A DNA stretch of 64,000 bases from an uncultured Gammaproteobacteria bacterium (GCA_964503955.1 CAZDCG010000001.1:382864-446863), one strand, 5' to 3'; numbered from the stretch's first letter, positions 30,464 to 40,202 are shown. A program made the numbers and translations. Notes: a model not told the origin generated them from the sequence alone.

Positions 30464-30877
30464 ATGAAATCACTTAACCAGTTCAATCTACTACTCAGTA
30501 TTGCCGCCACCGTCACAATCGCGGGCTTATTTGCGATGAGTTCAGTGAAAGCGGAACCAAGTATTGCCCCTCCGGGAGGCAATCCGAGTTTTCCTGTTGG
30601 TCCGCAGGGTCCACAGGGACCCCAAGGACCTCAGGGACCCCAAGGACCTCAGGGAAGCCAGGGGGCGTCAGGATCCCAGGGCCCGGCGGGACTGTACGGC
30701 ATGGGGTTCTGCTACTGGAATGGCCCTGAGTTCGTCAGCTACGGATGGGATGGATGGTGCGCGGGTGATATCGGTGTCTTCTTCCATTGCGACGGCTACC
30801 GTCTCTACCATCTTTCTCAACGATACACCGGGTGCGGAAGCTCAGGAACATATCCAAGTACGCCTTACATCAACTAA
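30464..30877 (+). CDS. Small secreted collagen-like protein (paralog 3)
   Basis: The ATG lies 2 nt after the previous stop. Signal peptide ending VKA|EP, a (GPQ)n run and CYWNG...YGWDGWC. Confidence 0.6.
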   Translation: MKSLNQFNLLLSIAATVTIAGLFAMSSVKAEPSIAPPGGNPSFPVGPQGPQGPQGPQGPQGPQGSQGASGSQGPAGLYGMGFCYWNGPEFVSYGWDGWCAGDIGVFFHCDGYRLYHLSQRYTGCGSSGTYPSTPYIN

Positions 30878-30896
30878 GCCGCAATCAGTAGAACGA

Positions 30897-30926
30897 AAAA
30901 TCCAAAAAGCCGCCTGAATAGGCGGC
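30897..30926. terminator. Bidirectional rho-independent terminator
   Basis: aaaaagccgcc-tgaata-ggcggctttttt. Confidence 0.6.
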
Positions 30927-30948
30927 TTTTTTCTTTCTTATGAAGGCC

Positions 30949-32931
30949 TTAGCGAGGGACAATGCGCCTGAACTCCGGAAGGAGAACTCCCACGGACGCG
31001 TCCGTGCTGGTTGAGCAAGAGTACCCATCGGAATCGGTTACGGACAAAGATATTTGAACATCCTCTTCCGTTACATATTCATGCTCAGGATTCTGGTGCA
31101 CGCTTTCATCACCGCCGGTCAGGGTAGTGCCATCACCAAAATCCCAGTCCCACTCGGCAATGGTCGCACCGCCATACGTGATGGTTTCATCAGTAAACTG
31201 CGTTGGCTGACCCAAGGTTGGCTGAGCAGGGTCAAGGCTGAACGCGCATTGCGGAGCCGGGTGCAACGGCGTTCTAAAACAGTTGCTTTCGCCAACAGGC
31301 CCTTGTTCTCCCCACTCAGACCAAGAGTCGTCTGCCGCGCTCTGCACGCGCACTCTCCAATAGTAGGTCGCATTGTAGACCAGTTCGCCAAGCCCGACCG
31401 TATAGAGAGAATCCGGTGCTTCCACGACTTCGTCAATGAGAGGAGATCCAAATAAAGGATCATCATCAACTTGGACGTGATACGCTTTTTGTGATGATCC
31501 ATCAAGGGCAGAGTATTCACTCCAATCAAGCACCGGCGTGAGCGCGGATGTCGGATACAAGGTATAGGTATCAACACAAGCAAGCGGCTCGATAAGCGTT
31601 GGCGCAAGCGGGCCGGCTTCGATTCTCAGCTGGGTGATAACCGAACCGAAAACGTGGTTGTACTGAATCCACCCGATCGTATCACTCCAGGCCCAGCCGC
31701 TCCATCGATTGTTCGTCTGATTATATTGAACTCCGTATGAGATAGCCCCTGTATCGCGCAGCTTTACCCAGCCATCATCTCCGGCCGCATCGATTCCAAC
31801 AAACTTGGCCCAGCCGGAAACTTCTCCTGTGGCCTGGTTCCAATGCGCGGAATGCTGCGGAGATGTCGGATACGGCCCGGCGGGATCATAATCAAGCCAG
31901 CCGATTTGAGACCAGGCATATCCTGTGATATTTCCATCTTCTTCCACATTCACACCGTATTGGATGTCGTAATTGGTGAAGCGAAAAGCAATCCAGCCAT
32001 AATGATCATTCCATGCCCAGCCTGACAAACTTGGCACCTGCCCTTCGTTAAAAACCACTCCGCCCAAAGCTGGGGCAAAATCGATCCAGCCTGTTACATC
32101 ATTCCAGGCATAACCGGTGAGCGAGCCATCAGGAAGAAGGTCAATGCCAAATCCTCCGCAAGAAGGAGTACAGTCTCCTCGTAGTTCAATGAGATTATTC
32201 GCACCAAGCGAGGTAATTTCAGCCGTCCCCGACAATTCCCCTGTTTGCGGGTCAAAAGCGGCTCCAGAAAAATCGATGTATGCTAAGTAATCATTCCAGG
32301 CATGCCCGCTGACATCTCCGGTTTCCGTATCGACATGCACGCCGAACTCCGGAGTGGATGGATCATCAACGCTATTGTGAAAAATCCAGCCGATATTGTC
32401 TGACCAGGCCCAACGACATGTATTGAAAGGGGAAGCGGAACAGACGCCCTCCTCTGGAGTCGGGGTTAGCTCGCTCATCTGGATCCAGCCGATATTTTCG
32501 TTCCAGGCCCAGCCGGAAACGCTTGGAGTTTGGGCGGAATTTTGCGATACCCCGCCGTAAACCGGGTCAAACTGCACCCAACCGATGATCTGGTTCCAGG
32601 CCATGCCGGCGAAGTTTCCTCCGCTGTCCACGCTCACGCCGTAACCGCCGCAGGTTGGGCTGCAGTCGCCGCTCATATGTAAAAGTCCGTCTTGCCCTTG
32701 ATTCTGCAGCTCAATGATTAGTGCGGTTCCGCTAAGCGCGCCGGTATTCACATCGTAAATGGCATTGTTGAAATCGATCCAGCCTACTCCCTCACTCCAC
32801 GCGTACCCATTAACATCGCCATAGACTTCGTCGATATGCATGCCGTAGTAGACCTGCTGCGCCTCAACAGACATGGTAAACCCAGCCGCAAAGAGCAAAC
32901 TCGCAAAGAAAATAAGAAAAGACTTCCTCAT
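30949..32931 (-). CDS. Large secreted repeat protein: about 10 Trp-rich ~45-aa repeats plus an FN3-like region and a C-terminal PKD domain
   Basis: Signal peptide ending VEA|QQ. The repeat motif G(Y/W)AW(S/N)xxxGWI(D/Q)F recurs about 10 times. YYWRVRVQS...WSEWGE looks FN3-like. WDFGDGT...HEY matches a PKD domain. Confidence 0.65.
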   Translation of the reverse strand: MRKSFLIFFASLLFAAGFTMSVEAQQVYYGMHIDEVYGDVNGYAWSEGVGWIDFNNAIYDVNTGALSGTALIIELQNQGQDGLLHMSGDCSPTCGGYGVSVDSGGNFAGMAWNQIIGWVQFDPVYGGVSQNSAQTPSVSGWAWNENIGWIQMSELTPTPEEGVCSASPFNTCRWAWSDNIGWIFHNSVDDPSTPEFGVHVDTETGDVSGHAWNDYLAYIDFSGAAFDPQTGELSGTAEITSLGANNLIELRGDCTPSCGGFGIDLLPDGSLTGYAWNDVTGWIDFAPALGGVVFNEGQVPSLSGWAWNDHYGWIAFRFTNYDIQYGVNVEEDGNITGYAWSQIGWLDYDPAGPYPTSPQHSAHWNQATGEVSGWAKFVGIDAAGDDGWVKLRDTGAISYGVQYNQTNNRWSGWAWSDTIGWIQYNHVFGSVITQLRIEAGPLAPTLIEPLACVDTYTLYPTSALTPVLDWSEYSALDGSSQKAYHVQVDDDPLFGSPLIDEVVEAPDSLYTVGLGELVYNATYYWRVRVQSAADDSWSEWGEQGPVGESNCFRTPLHPAPQCAFSLDPAQPTLGQPTQFTDETITYGGATIAEWDWDFGDGTTLTGGDESVHQNPEHEYVTEEDVQISLSVTDSDGYSCSTSTDASVGVLLPEFRRIVPR

Positions 32932-33008
32932 ATGCCTACAGTATACCACAAGAAAGAAGACACCTGCGTCAAAAACGTGTTATACTTTGATCGAAATAAT
33001 CTTTTTGT

Positions 33009-33656
33009 ATGCGCAATCACATTTTGCTGCACGGAGTTCTGGGAGTTTTTATCGGCATGTTCGGTGCCGCTCTAGGGATCTCCATTATCAACTACACATT
33101 CGCTGCTCCATCAGAAGCTCCTCCTGGGGGCAATCCAACGTTTCCCTTGCAAGGTCCAACCGGACCGCAGGGTCCACAGGGACCTCAGGGGCCGCAGGGG
33201 CCGCAGGGACCACAAGGACCGCAGGGACCGTCAGGGACAGTTAGCCCATCACAGACAATCAGCTTGCGAACCTCGAGTTCGATCTGGTATTGCACGCAGG
33301 CAAATCTACAAGCTGAATGCGGTGACGCGGATGGGTGCCGAATTCGGATGGTTATGGACCACAAAACCGCTGGAAACGACGACACGCGTATCATTGAAGA
33401 GCACCTGTACATGGAGAACTGGAGTGTGAATTCCGCTAACGGTGTATACGGCTTTACGCGTCAGCTTGGCGGAGGCGATGGCGGATGGATTTCAGGTCCC
33501 GGCTATCATTATGCAGTCGCCGCCCCATGGGATTGGGCCTGGATCCACACCTTTCGACATGCGAATTGTTACGGTTCAAACCAGTCGCTTTCTGCTTACA
33601 ACTTCAATTTCATGACCCATCCGGATGTCGCGACAACCTTCTACGTCTTTGACTAA
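33009..33656 (+). CDS. Secreted collagen-like protein (paralog 4) with a distinct, larger C-terminal domain
   Basis: Signal peptide ending FAA|PS, about 9 GPQ triplets, and a roughly 130-aa C-terminal domain unrelated to paralogs 1-3. Confidence 0.6.
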   Translation: MRNHILLHGVLGVFIGMFGAALGISIINYTFAAPSEAPPGGNPTFPLQGPTGPQGPQGPQGPQGPQGPQGPQGPSGTVSPSQTISLRTSSSIWYCTQANLQAECGDADGCRIRMVMDHKTAGNDDTRIIEEHLYMENWSVNSANGVYGFTRQLGGGDGGWISGPGYHYAVAAPWDWAWIHTFRHANCYGSNQSLSAYNFNFMTHPDVATTFYVFD

Positions 33657-33663
33657 AAGCGAA

Positions 33664-33692
33664 AAAAAAGCGCCCCGGCCGGGGCGCTTTTT
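33664..33692. terminator. Bidirectional rho-independent terminator
   Basis: aaaaaagcgccccggccggggcgcttttt. Confidence 0.6.
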
Positions 33693-33703
33693 GATTTCCT
33701 GAT

Positions 33704-34177
33704 TTAGTCAAAAATCACGATTCGACTTGCGTTCTGTGTCTCAGAATCTGATCTGACAAATGAGATTTCCGCCTCCTGACCGGCCTGCAAATCACTTGCG
33801 CGGATTGGCTCGTCTTGGGCAGAGCCTCCCTGCAGCCCGGTTTCAGGATCCACCGGCCGCGCAACCAAGGTCCGACGGATAAATTCGGTTGCGTTAGTGA
33901 TCACAAAGATGTGTTCCTGTCCGTTAGAAAGGAGCACTAATCGATCTTCATCAACTGACTGGATTTCACCTATAGCTGATTGGATAAACATTGTCATATC
34001 GATCCCATCTCCTTGAGGAGCAGGCGGCAAAGCTGTGCTTGCGGGCTGAGCACCGGCAAGTGCTCCTTCTTTTACTTTTGCGGGGCCGTATACAAAGACT
34101 CCGTACAAGGTTACTGAGATGAAGGCCCCCCAGCCGATCGCGGCGAAGAAAGTACATTTTTTGATTTGAGTTTCCAT
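33704..34177 (-). CDS. Membrane-anchored hypothetical protein (paralog family member 3)
   Basis: N-terminal TM segment and the C-terminal motif shared with 28375-29547. Confidence 0.5.
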   Translation of the reverse strand: METQIKKCTFFAAIGWGAFISVTLYGVFVYGPAKVKEGALAGAQPASTALPPAPQGDGIDMTMFIQSAIGEIQSVDEDRLVLLSNGQEHIFVITNATEFIRRTLVARPVDPETGLQGGSAQDEPIRASDLQAGQEAEISFVRSDSETQNASRIVIFD

Positions 34178-34229
34178 ACGAAAAAATTAGCTATTTCCAT
34201 TATACTCTGAAGCTTGCGTTCATGAAATA

Positions 34230-34814
34230 TCATGAGCTTTTCATAGATTTGAGCACGTCTCTGACCGCCTCTTGCAAAGTCATGGACGAATAGTCCCGGT
34301 TGCCCAGGTGAGCAAGTATTTCCTTTGAAGAATATCCAAGCGCTTCAAGCGCGGAAATGAGATCGCCTCGCTGCGAAGAAGCATTCGAGTCGCCGGATTC
34401 CACTTGAAATTCCTCCGCGTCAATCGCATTTCGCAGCTCCATCACCAGCCGCTTGGCGGTTTTAGGGCCGATGCCCGGAACCGCGTCAAAAACTTTGTAA
34501 TCTTCCATGTGAATGGCCTGCACCAGCTGCGGCATCGGGGCTGCACTCAATGCTGCCATGGCACTTTTGGGTCCGATGCCGCTGACGGAAATCAGCTTGC
34601 GAAAGAGTTTGCGTTCTTGTAACGAAGAAAACCCGAACAAGGTATGGGCATCTTCTCGGATATGCAAATGCGTGTAGAGCATCAAGGAATCTTCTACTCT
34701 GATTTTTTGCAAGAGCGACGGAACGGCGACGACTTCATACCCAACTCCCTGCACATCTAAAATCAGCGCGTGCTCCAATATTTCTTGAACCGTTCCTTTA
34801 AGAGAGGAAATCAT
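34230..34814 (-). CDS. ruvA: Holliday junction branch-migration protein RuvA
   Basis: Start MISSLKG. The OB-fold N-terminus, HhH motifs (GIGPKSA, GIGPKTA) and C-terminal domain III are all present. Confidence 0.85.
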   Translation of the reverse strand: MISSLKGTVQEILEHALILDVQGVGYEVVAVPSLLQKIRVEDSLMLYTHLHIREDAHTLFGFSSLQERKLFRKLISVSGIGPKSAMAALSAAPMPQLVQAIHMEDYKVFDAVPGIGPKTAKRLVMELRNAIDAEEFQVESGDSNASSQRGDLISALEALGYSSKEILAHLGNRDYSSMTLQEAVRDVLKSMKSS

Positions 34815-34896
34815 AAGGTAAAGACTCACAGACACACAGACTTCACAGACGCACAGACCTTACATTGTCTGTAAGTCTTGAGATTCTGTTCGTCTG

Positions 34897-36402
34897 CTAT
34901 GTCTGGGCAGCTTGCTGCCTTAGCCATTCTACCACGACGCGGGCGCCTGCTCCCGTACTGCCAGGAGCAAGATGACTTTTTCCATTGCTTTCCCAGGCAA
35001 CCCCTGCGATATCCAGATGCGCCCAGTCATATTTGTCTGCCACAAAGTGATTAAGGAAAGCCGCAGCCGTAAGAGCTCCTCCATAAGGAACCGAGGCAAT
35101 ATTGGCGATATCAGCCACCTTGCTGTTTAACAACTTTCGGTAATGATCCGGCAGCGGAAGTCTCCAGACATGGTCGCCTGTTTTCTCGCCGGCTGCTTCA
35201 AGCGCGTCGGCAAATGCATCGTTCTTGGTAAATAGCCCGGCCGCATAATCATGCAAAGACAATGCGCAGGCGCCAGTCAGGGTGGCCAGGTCAATAACGG
35301 TTTTTGGTTTGTATTGCCGCGCGTAGACAAGCGCGTCCGCCAAAAGCAGCCGGCCTTCCGCATCGGTATTAAGCACTTCAATCGTTGATCCGTCCATGGC
35401 ACGCAAAATGTCGCCGGGTTTATAGGCTTCATGGCCCGGCATATTTTCGCTGGCCGGCACAAGCGCCACCACGTTGAGAGGAAGCTTGAGTGCGGCCGCC
35501 GCGCGGACAATGGCAATGGCCGCGGTGCCGCCGCTCATGTCAAACTTCATTTCATGCATATTCGAGCTTGGCTTGATCGAAATTCCACCCGTATCAAACG
35601 TAATGCCTTTTCCGATCACAATATATGGCGCGGCGGATTTCTCGGTTCCCCAATATTCCATGATAATAAACTGCGCTTCTTCCGCAGATCCGCGGGAAAC
35701 GCCTAAAATCGCTCCCATGCCAAGCTCTTTCATTTCCTTTTCTCCAAGAACTTTCACGGTGATGGTGCCTGCTTTCTTACCCGCTTCTTTGGCAAAGGCA
35801 GCCAGCTGCTTTGGCGTAATTTCATTGCTTGGATGATTGGCGACCTCGCGGCTTTCATTGACCTGTTCGGCAATGAGCGCGCCGGCTTTCACTCCCTGCG
35901 ATACGCTGGCAAGTTCTTTCTTATTTTCCACATAGACAATCATCTGTTTCATGCGCGGATGTTTTTTCTTCAAAAACGCGGAATATTCATAACTTGCAAG
36001 CATGGCGTACTCACCGATGATTTCAGAAAGATGTTCGACTTCAGAGAAACTCTCGGCAAGCGCGTCGCGAAACCAAAACCCGGCCGTGGCTACTTTATGC
36101 GTTTGAGCATGCCGCAATGCCTGACCGAGGAGTTCACCAAAATCTTTCGCTTTCAAGTCATTCATTTTGCCCACGCCGAGAAAGAAAACAAACCGGAGTC
36201 CTTTTTTCCCTCCAGTCGGCAGAACAAAGTGCTTGAATTCGCGGGCTTTGCCGGCAAATTCTTTCCGCGCGAGCGCATCTTTAAGCAATTCTTCTGCGGT
36301 TTTGGGCAACCCCTTTGGGATAGGTTCTTTTTCAGCAATCGGCACGAATAATGCCTCAACATCTTTCTGCGACCACTTTCCTTGTTTGACGCTTATTTTC
36401 AT
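34897..36402 (-). CDS. pepA: Leucyl aminopeptidase (M17 family)
   Basis: M17 signature NTDAEGRL and the metal ligands are present. Confidence 0.85.
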   Translation of the reverse strand: MKISVKQGKWSQKDVEALFVPIAEKEPIPKGLPKTAEELLKDALARKEFAGKAREFKHFVLPTGGKKGLRFVFFLGVGKMNDLKAKDFGELLGQALRHAQTHKVATAGFWFRDALAESFSEVEHLSEIIGEYAMLASYEYSAFLKKKHPRMKQMIVYVENKKELASVSQGVKAGALIAEQVNESREVANHPSNEITPKQLAAFAKEAGKKAGTITVKVLGEKEMKELGMGAILGVSRGSAEEAQFIIMEYWGTEKSAAPYIVIGKGITFDTGGISIKPSSNMHEMKFDMSGGTAAIAIVRAAAALKLPLNVVALVPASENMPGHEAYKPGDILRAMDGSTIEVLNTDAEGRLLLADALVYARQYKPKTVIDLATLTGACALSLHDYAAGLFTKNDAFADALEAAGEKTGDHVWRLPLPDHYRKLLNSKVADIANIASVPYGGALTAAAFLNHFVADKYDWAHLDIAGVAWESNGKSHLAPGSTGAGARVVVEWLRQQAAQT

Positions 36403-36669
36403 AACGAGATGGTTTATAATTCAGGTACAAATACGAAGCAGATACGAATGGACAAATGAAATTAACGAGAAGCAATGAGAAGCTAAGTATTTGCAAGAGT
36501 GTTTTTTATCAAAAAATGTGGAAATTGTAAATCATGCCGTATGGACTCAATTGATTGTGCTCGTATCCAGAACGACGTTTAAAGAAGCTGCCCCACCAAA
36601 ACAAAAAGCCCGCTCATCGCGGTGCTTTTTGTCTCTGGAGGATCTCGTTTCTCTCATGGGTGGAAGCCA

Positions 36670-39600
36670 TTATGCCTTCATCACTCCAAATTTCATTTCA
36701 TGTTCATGGAATTTCAATTTGCCTTGCGATTCTCCTTTAGTCGCTTCCGGCAGAATCGCATTGGCCAAAGTTTGCTGTTTGATCTGCTCATCAAATTCTG
36801 TCAGCGCATGCTCGATGAAATCTGAATCTGTCTCGTACGTAATCATGACACGATCCGCAATGCTTAATCCCGCTTTTTTACGAAGGAAATTGATCTGGCG
36901 CACAAATTCACGAACAAAGCCGTCTTTTAGCAAAGCCTCAGAAAGCTCGGTTTTCAACGAAACGGTCATGCCGTTTCCTTCCTGCACATGATAGCCGGGC
37001 TGCTCCTCAATGCTGCTAACCGCTTTAACGGATTTCACATTCAACTCTTCAGCCAGAATCTGCTCATAGGTATCAAGCGAAGACAGGCCGGCCGGCAGCT
37101 TCACCAGCAAGGTTTCAAGCGCCTGACGGATCTTGAGGCCGGACTGCGCGCGGGCTGCCAAAGCTACTTCAACGATATCGCGGACTGCCTGCATTTCTTT
37201 TAAGATGGTTTCATCCGCAAAAGAGGCTTCAAGCTCCGGCCAGTTCTGCAAATGCACGGAAATCTCTTGCGAATTGCAAAGCTGCTGATAGAGATACTCT
37301 GTCATGAACGGCGTATACGGCGCGAGTACCAGCAGCAACTGTTCAAGCACGAATCGAGTCGTCGCTAGAGCTGCTTCTTTGTCTGCCAAATCGCTGCCTT
37401 TAAACCGGTCGCGTGACCGGCGCAAGTACCAAGTGGAAAAATCATCCATGAATTGCACCAGGCTCCGAGCCGGTTTAACAACATTATATTGATCAAGCTG
37501 TTCCGTTGTTTCCTTCAATGTTTCCTGCCAGCGCGCAAGAATCCATTTGTCCATCGCAGACAAAGGCTGAGCAAGAACATCGCTTGCCGAAACGGAGCCG
37601 CGCCCCTCTCCCGCATACATCATGTATAAGCTCTGGATATTCGTCAGCAGCATGATGACTTTGCGGAATGCTTCTTTGACGCCGTCATCTGAAAAGTTCA
37701 AATTCTCACCAAGCATGACAGGCGACTGCATGAGGTAGAAACGGAATGCGTCCGCGCCATACTGGTCAAACAGAATAAGCGGATCGGTATAATTTTTTTT
37801 GCTCTTGGACATTTTCTGTCCGTTCTCCGCCTGAATGGTTCCGGTGGTAACCGCATTCACAAATGATGGTTTGTCAAAAATGGCCGTTGAAAGCACATGC
37901 AGCGTATAGAACCATCCGCGCGTTTGCGCGATATACTCGGCAATGAATTCACCCGGGAAATTCGCTTCGAATTTTTCCTTGTTCTCGAATGGATAATGCA
38001 CGGAAGCAAATGGCATGGAACCTGATTCCACCCAACAGTCAAACACTTGCGAAACACGTTTCATTGTTCCCTCGCACGATGAACAAGCCCATGTATACTT
38101 GTCGATGGCCGGCAGATGAAGATCCGTGATCTGCTCTGCCGAAACTCCGCTCTTTTCTGACAGTTCCTGAATGCTTGAAATAATGTCGAGCTGGTCACAT
38201 TCCTGGTTTTCACACTGCCAGACCGGGATGGGAGAACCCCAATAGCGGTTGCGGGAAATATTCCAGTCCGGAGCGTTTTCCAGTCCATGCAAAAACCGTC
38301 CATGCTTGAGGTGCTCCGGATACCAATTGATCTGCTCATTGAGCTTGATCATCTTGTCTTTGATCTTTTGGACATTGATAAACCAAGCAGGCACCGCATT
38401 ATAGTAGAGCGGAGTTGAACAGCGCCAGCAGAAAGGATAGCTATGCTTGTACGGTTCATCTTTAAAGAGCAAACCGCGTGACTGCAAATCATCAATGACC
38501 GGTTGTTCAGCATCTTTGTAAAACATGCCGGCAAAAGGCGTGACAAATGCAAAAAAGCGGCCTTGTTCATCAAGCGTTTGCACGCGGGGAAGATCTTTTT
38601 CCAGAGCGAGTTTATAGTCGTCTTCGCCGTACATTGCAGCCGTATGCACGATGCCGGTCCCGTCTTCAAGCGAGACAAAATCGGCAGCCAGAACCTCATA
38701 GGCTTTTTTGCCTTCCGTAGGCATATAAGTATAGAGCGGCTCGTACGCTTTGCCGATAAGCTCAGCCCCTTTCACCGTTTCAACAATCAAAACTCCTTCG
38801 CCAAAAAGCTGCTGCGCAAGATCCTTAGCCGCGTAGAATTTTTCTCCATCATGTTCAATAAGGGCATAATCGGCATCAACCTGAACGGCCAGCCCCACAT
38901 TGCCCGGCAAGGTCCATGGCGTGGTCGTCCAAGCCAGGAAGAACGTTTTCTCCTCCCCTTTGACGGGAAACTTCACAAAAGCGGAGTGGTCGACAACGTC
39001 TTTGTAGCTATTGTCCATGGCAATCTCAAAATTTGAGAGCGGTGTCGCGCAGCGAGGACAATACAAAGAGATATGGCGTCCCTCATACGCCAGTCCTTTA
39101 TCGTAAATCTGCTTAACCCCCCACCAGACAGACTCGATAAAGGAGTTGTCCATGGTTTTGTAGGAATTATCAAAATCCACCCAGCGGCCGGTGCGCTCGA
39201 TATAGGCTTTCCACTCCCGGTCATATTTCAACACCGACGCGCGGCAAGCATTGACGAATTTATCCACGCCAAGCGCTTCAATATCCTTTTTGGAATTGAG
39301 TCCAAGCTCTCCCTCAACAAGATTTTCAACCGGCAAGCCATGGCAATCCCATCCCCAGACGCGGTCCACACGATAGCCGCGCATGGTTTTATAGCGGGGA
39401 ATAAGATCCTTGATCACGCTGGCCAGCAAAGAACCGTGATGCGGCAGGCCGGTCGCGAACGGAGGACCATCGTAAAACACAAAACGGCGGTCGTCCGGCC
39501 GTTGTTCAATCGATTTGGTGAACGTATCGTGTTCCTGCCAAAACGCGAGAATCGATTTCTCAATGTCGGGGATATTTAATCTCATATATACTGCGACCAA
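36670..39600 (-). CDS. ileS: Isoleucine--tRNA ligase
   Basis: HIGH-type motif PHHGS, the GWDCHGLP motif, KMSKS, and a C-terminal Zn-less type-2 architecture. 976 aa. Confidence 0.9.
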   Translation of the reverse strand: MVAVYMRLNIPDIEKSILAFWQEHDTFTKSIEQRPDDRRFVFYDGPPFATGLPHHGSLLASVIKDLIPRYKTMRGYRVDRVWGWDCHGLPVENLVEGELGLNSKKDIEALGVDKFVNACRASVLKYDREWKAYIERTGRWVDFDNSYKTMDNSFIESVWWGVKQIYDKGLAYEGRHISLYCPRCATPLSNFEIAMDNSYKDVVDHSAFVKFPVKGEEKTFFLAWTTTPWTLPGNVGLAVQVDADYALIEHDGEKFYAAKDLAQQLFGEGVLIVETVKGAELIGKAYEPLYTYMPTEGKKAYEVLAADFVSLEDGTGIVHTAAMYGEDDYKLALEKDLPRVQTLDEQGRFFAFVTPFAGMFYKDAEQPVIDDLQSRGLLFKDEPYKHSYPFCWRCSTPLYYNAVPAWFINVQKIKDKMIKLNEQINWYPEHLKHGRFLHGLENAPDWNISRNRYWGSPIPVWQCENQECDQLDIISSIQELSEKSGVSAEQITDLHLPAIDKYTWACSSCEGTMKRVSQVFDCWVESGSMPFASVHYPFENKEKFEANFPGEFIAEYIAQTRGWFYTLHVLSTAIFDKPSFVNAVTTGTIQAENGQKMSKSKKNYTDPLILFDQYGADAFRFYLMQSPVMLGENLNFSDDGVKEAFRKVIMLLTNIQSLYMMYAGEGRGSVSASDVLAQPLSAMDKWILARWQETLKETTEQLDQYNVVKPARSLVQFMDDFSTWYLRRSRDRFKGSDLADKEAALATTRFVLEQLLLVLAPYTPFMTEYLYQQLCNSQEISVHLQNWPELEASFADETILKEMQAVRDIVEVALAARAQSGLKIRQALETLLVKLPAGLSSLDTYEQILAEELNVKSVKAVSSIEEQPGYHVQEGNGMTVSLKTELSEALLKDGFVREFVRQINFLRKKAGLSIADRVMITYETDSDFIEHALTEFDEQIKQQTLANAILPEATKGESQGKLKFHEHEMKFGVMKA

Positions 39601-39678
39601 CCAATTAATCTGAATCCTGAATTCTAGGTCTGATTTCTGGTTCTGAGGCAGCTCAGAGTCAGATCAAGAGTTCAGAAT

Positions 39679-40122
39679 TCAGAGCTCAGATCCATTAAAG
39701 AATGATTTTCCGGTTTCAACTTCATCCATGAATTCATTCACCCATCCAACGCAATCCAATTCCCTCTTCGCCTCTTCAAAACTCATCCAGCGGTAATCCT
39801 GATGTTCATGACTGATCTGGACTTCCTGATGTTCTGCTTTGCCAAGAAAGAGAAAGGAAACGAATTCCACATTTGGATCAATGGCTCCGCGGATAACTTT
39901 ATAGCGCAGAAATTTTTCAATATGCACATCAAGCCCTGATTCCTCTTTGCACTCGCGCAAGACTGCTTGTTCAGGGGTTTCCAGAAACTCTTTTGAACCG
40001 CCCGGGAAATCCCATTGATTGGCGCCAAATTCCTCATTTTTTCCACGCTGTAAAAAAAGAAATTGTCCGTGCTCATTTCGGACAACGCACACGCAGGTGG
40101 CGATTGTCTTGTACTCGCGCAT
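39679..40122 (-). CDS. Nudix hydrolase
   Basis: Nudix box GGSKEFLETPEQAVLRECKEESGL. The start is MREYKT at 40122. Confidence 0.6.
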   Translation of the reverse strand: MREYKTIATCVCVVRNEHGQFLFLQRGKNEEFGANQWDFPGGSKEFLETPEQAVLRECKEESGLDVHIEKFLRYKVIRGAIDPNVEFVSFLFLGKAEHQEVQISHEHQDYRWMSFEEAKRELDCVGWVNEFMDEVETGKSFFNGSEL

Positions 40123-40202
40123 AAAGAGAGAAAGGCAATTCAATGTACTGAAAGTAGGCAAATTGTACGGAAAATACGTGAGTTCGTCAAAGATAGGCTT
40201 CC

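Noticed and set aside
29700-33250. GPQ triplet runs as simple low-complexity or assembly artefact
   Set aside because: There are four independent copies with different synonymous codons and different triplet counts, each in frame between a signal peptide and a conserved Cys-rich domain.
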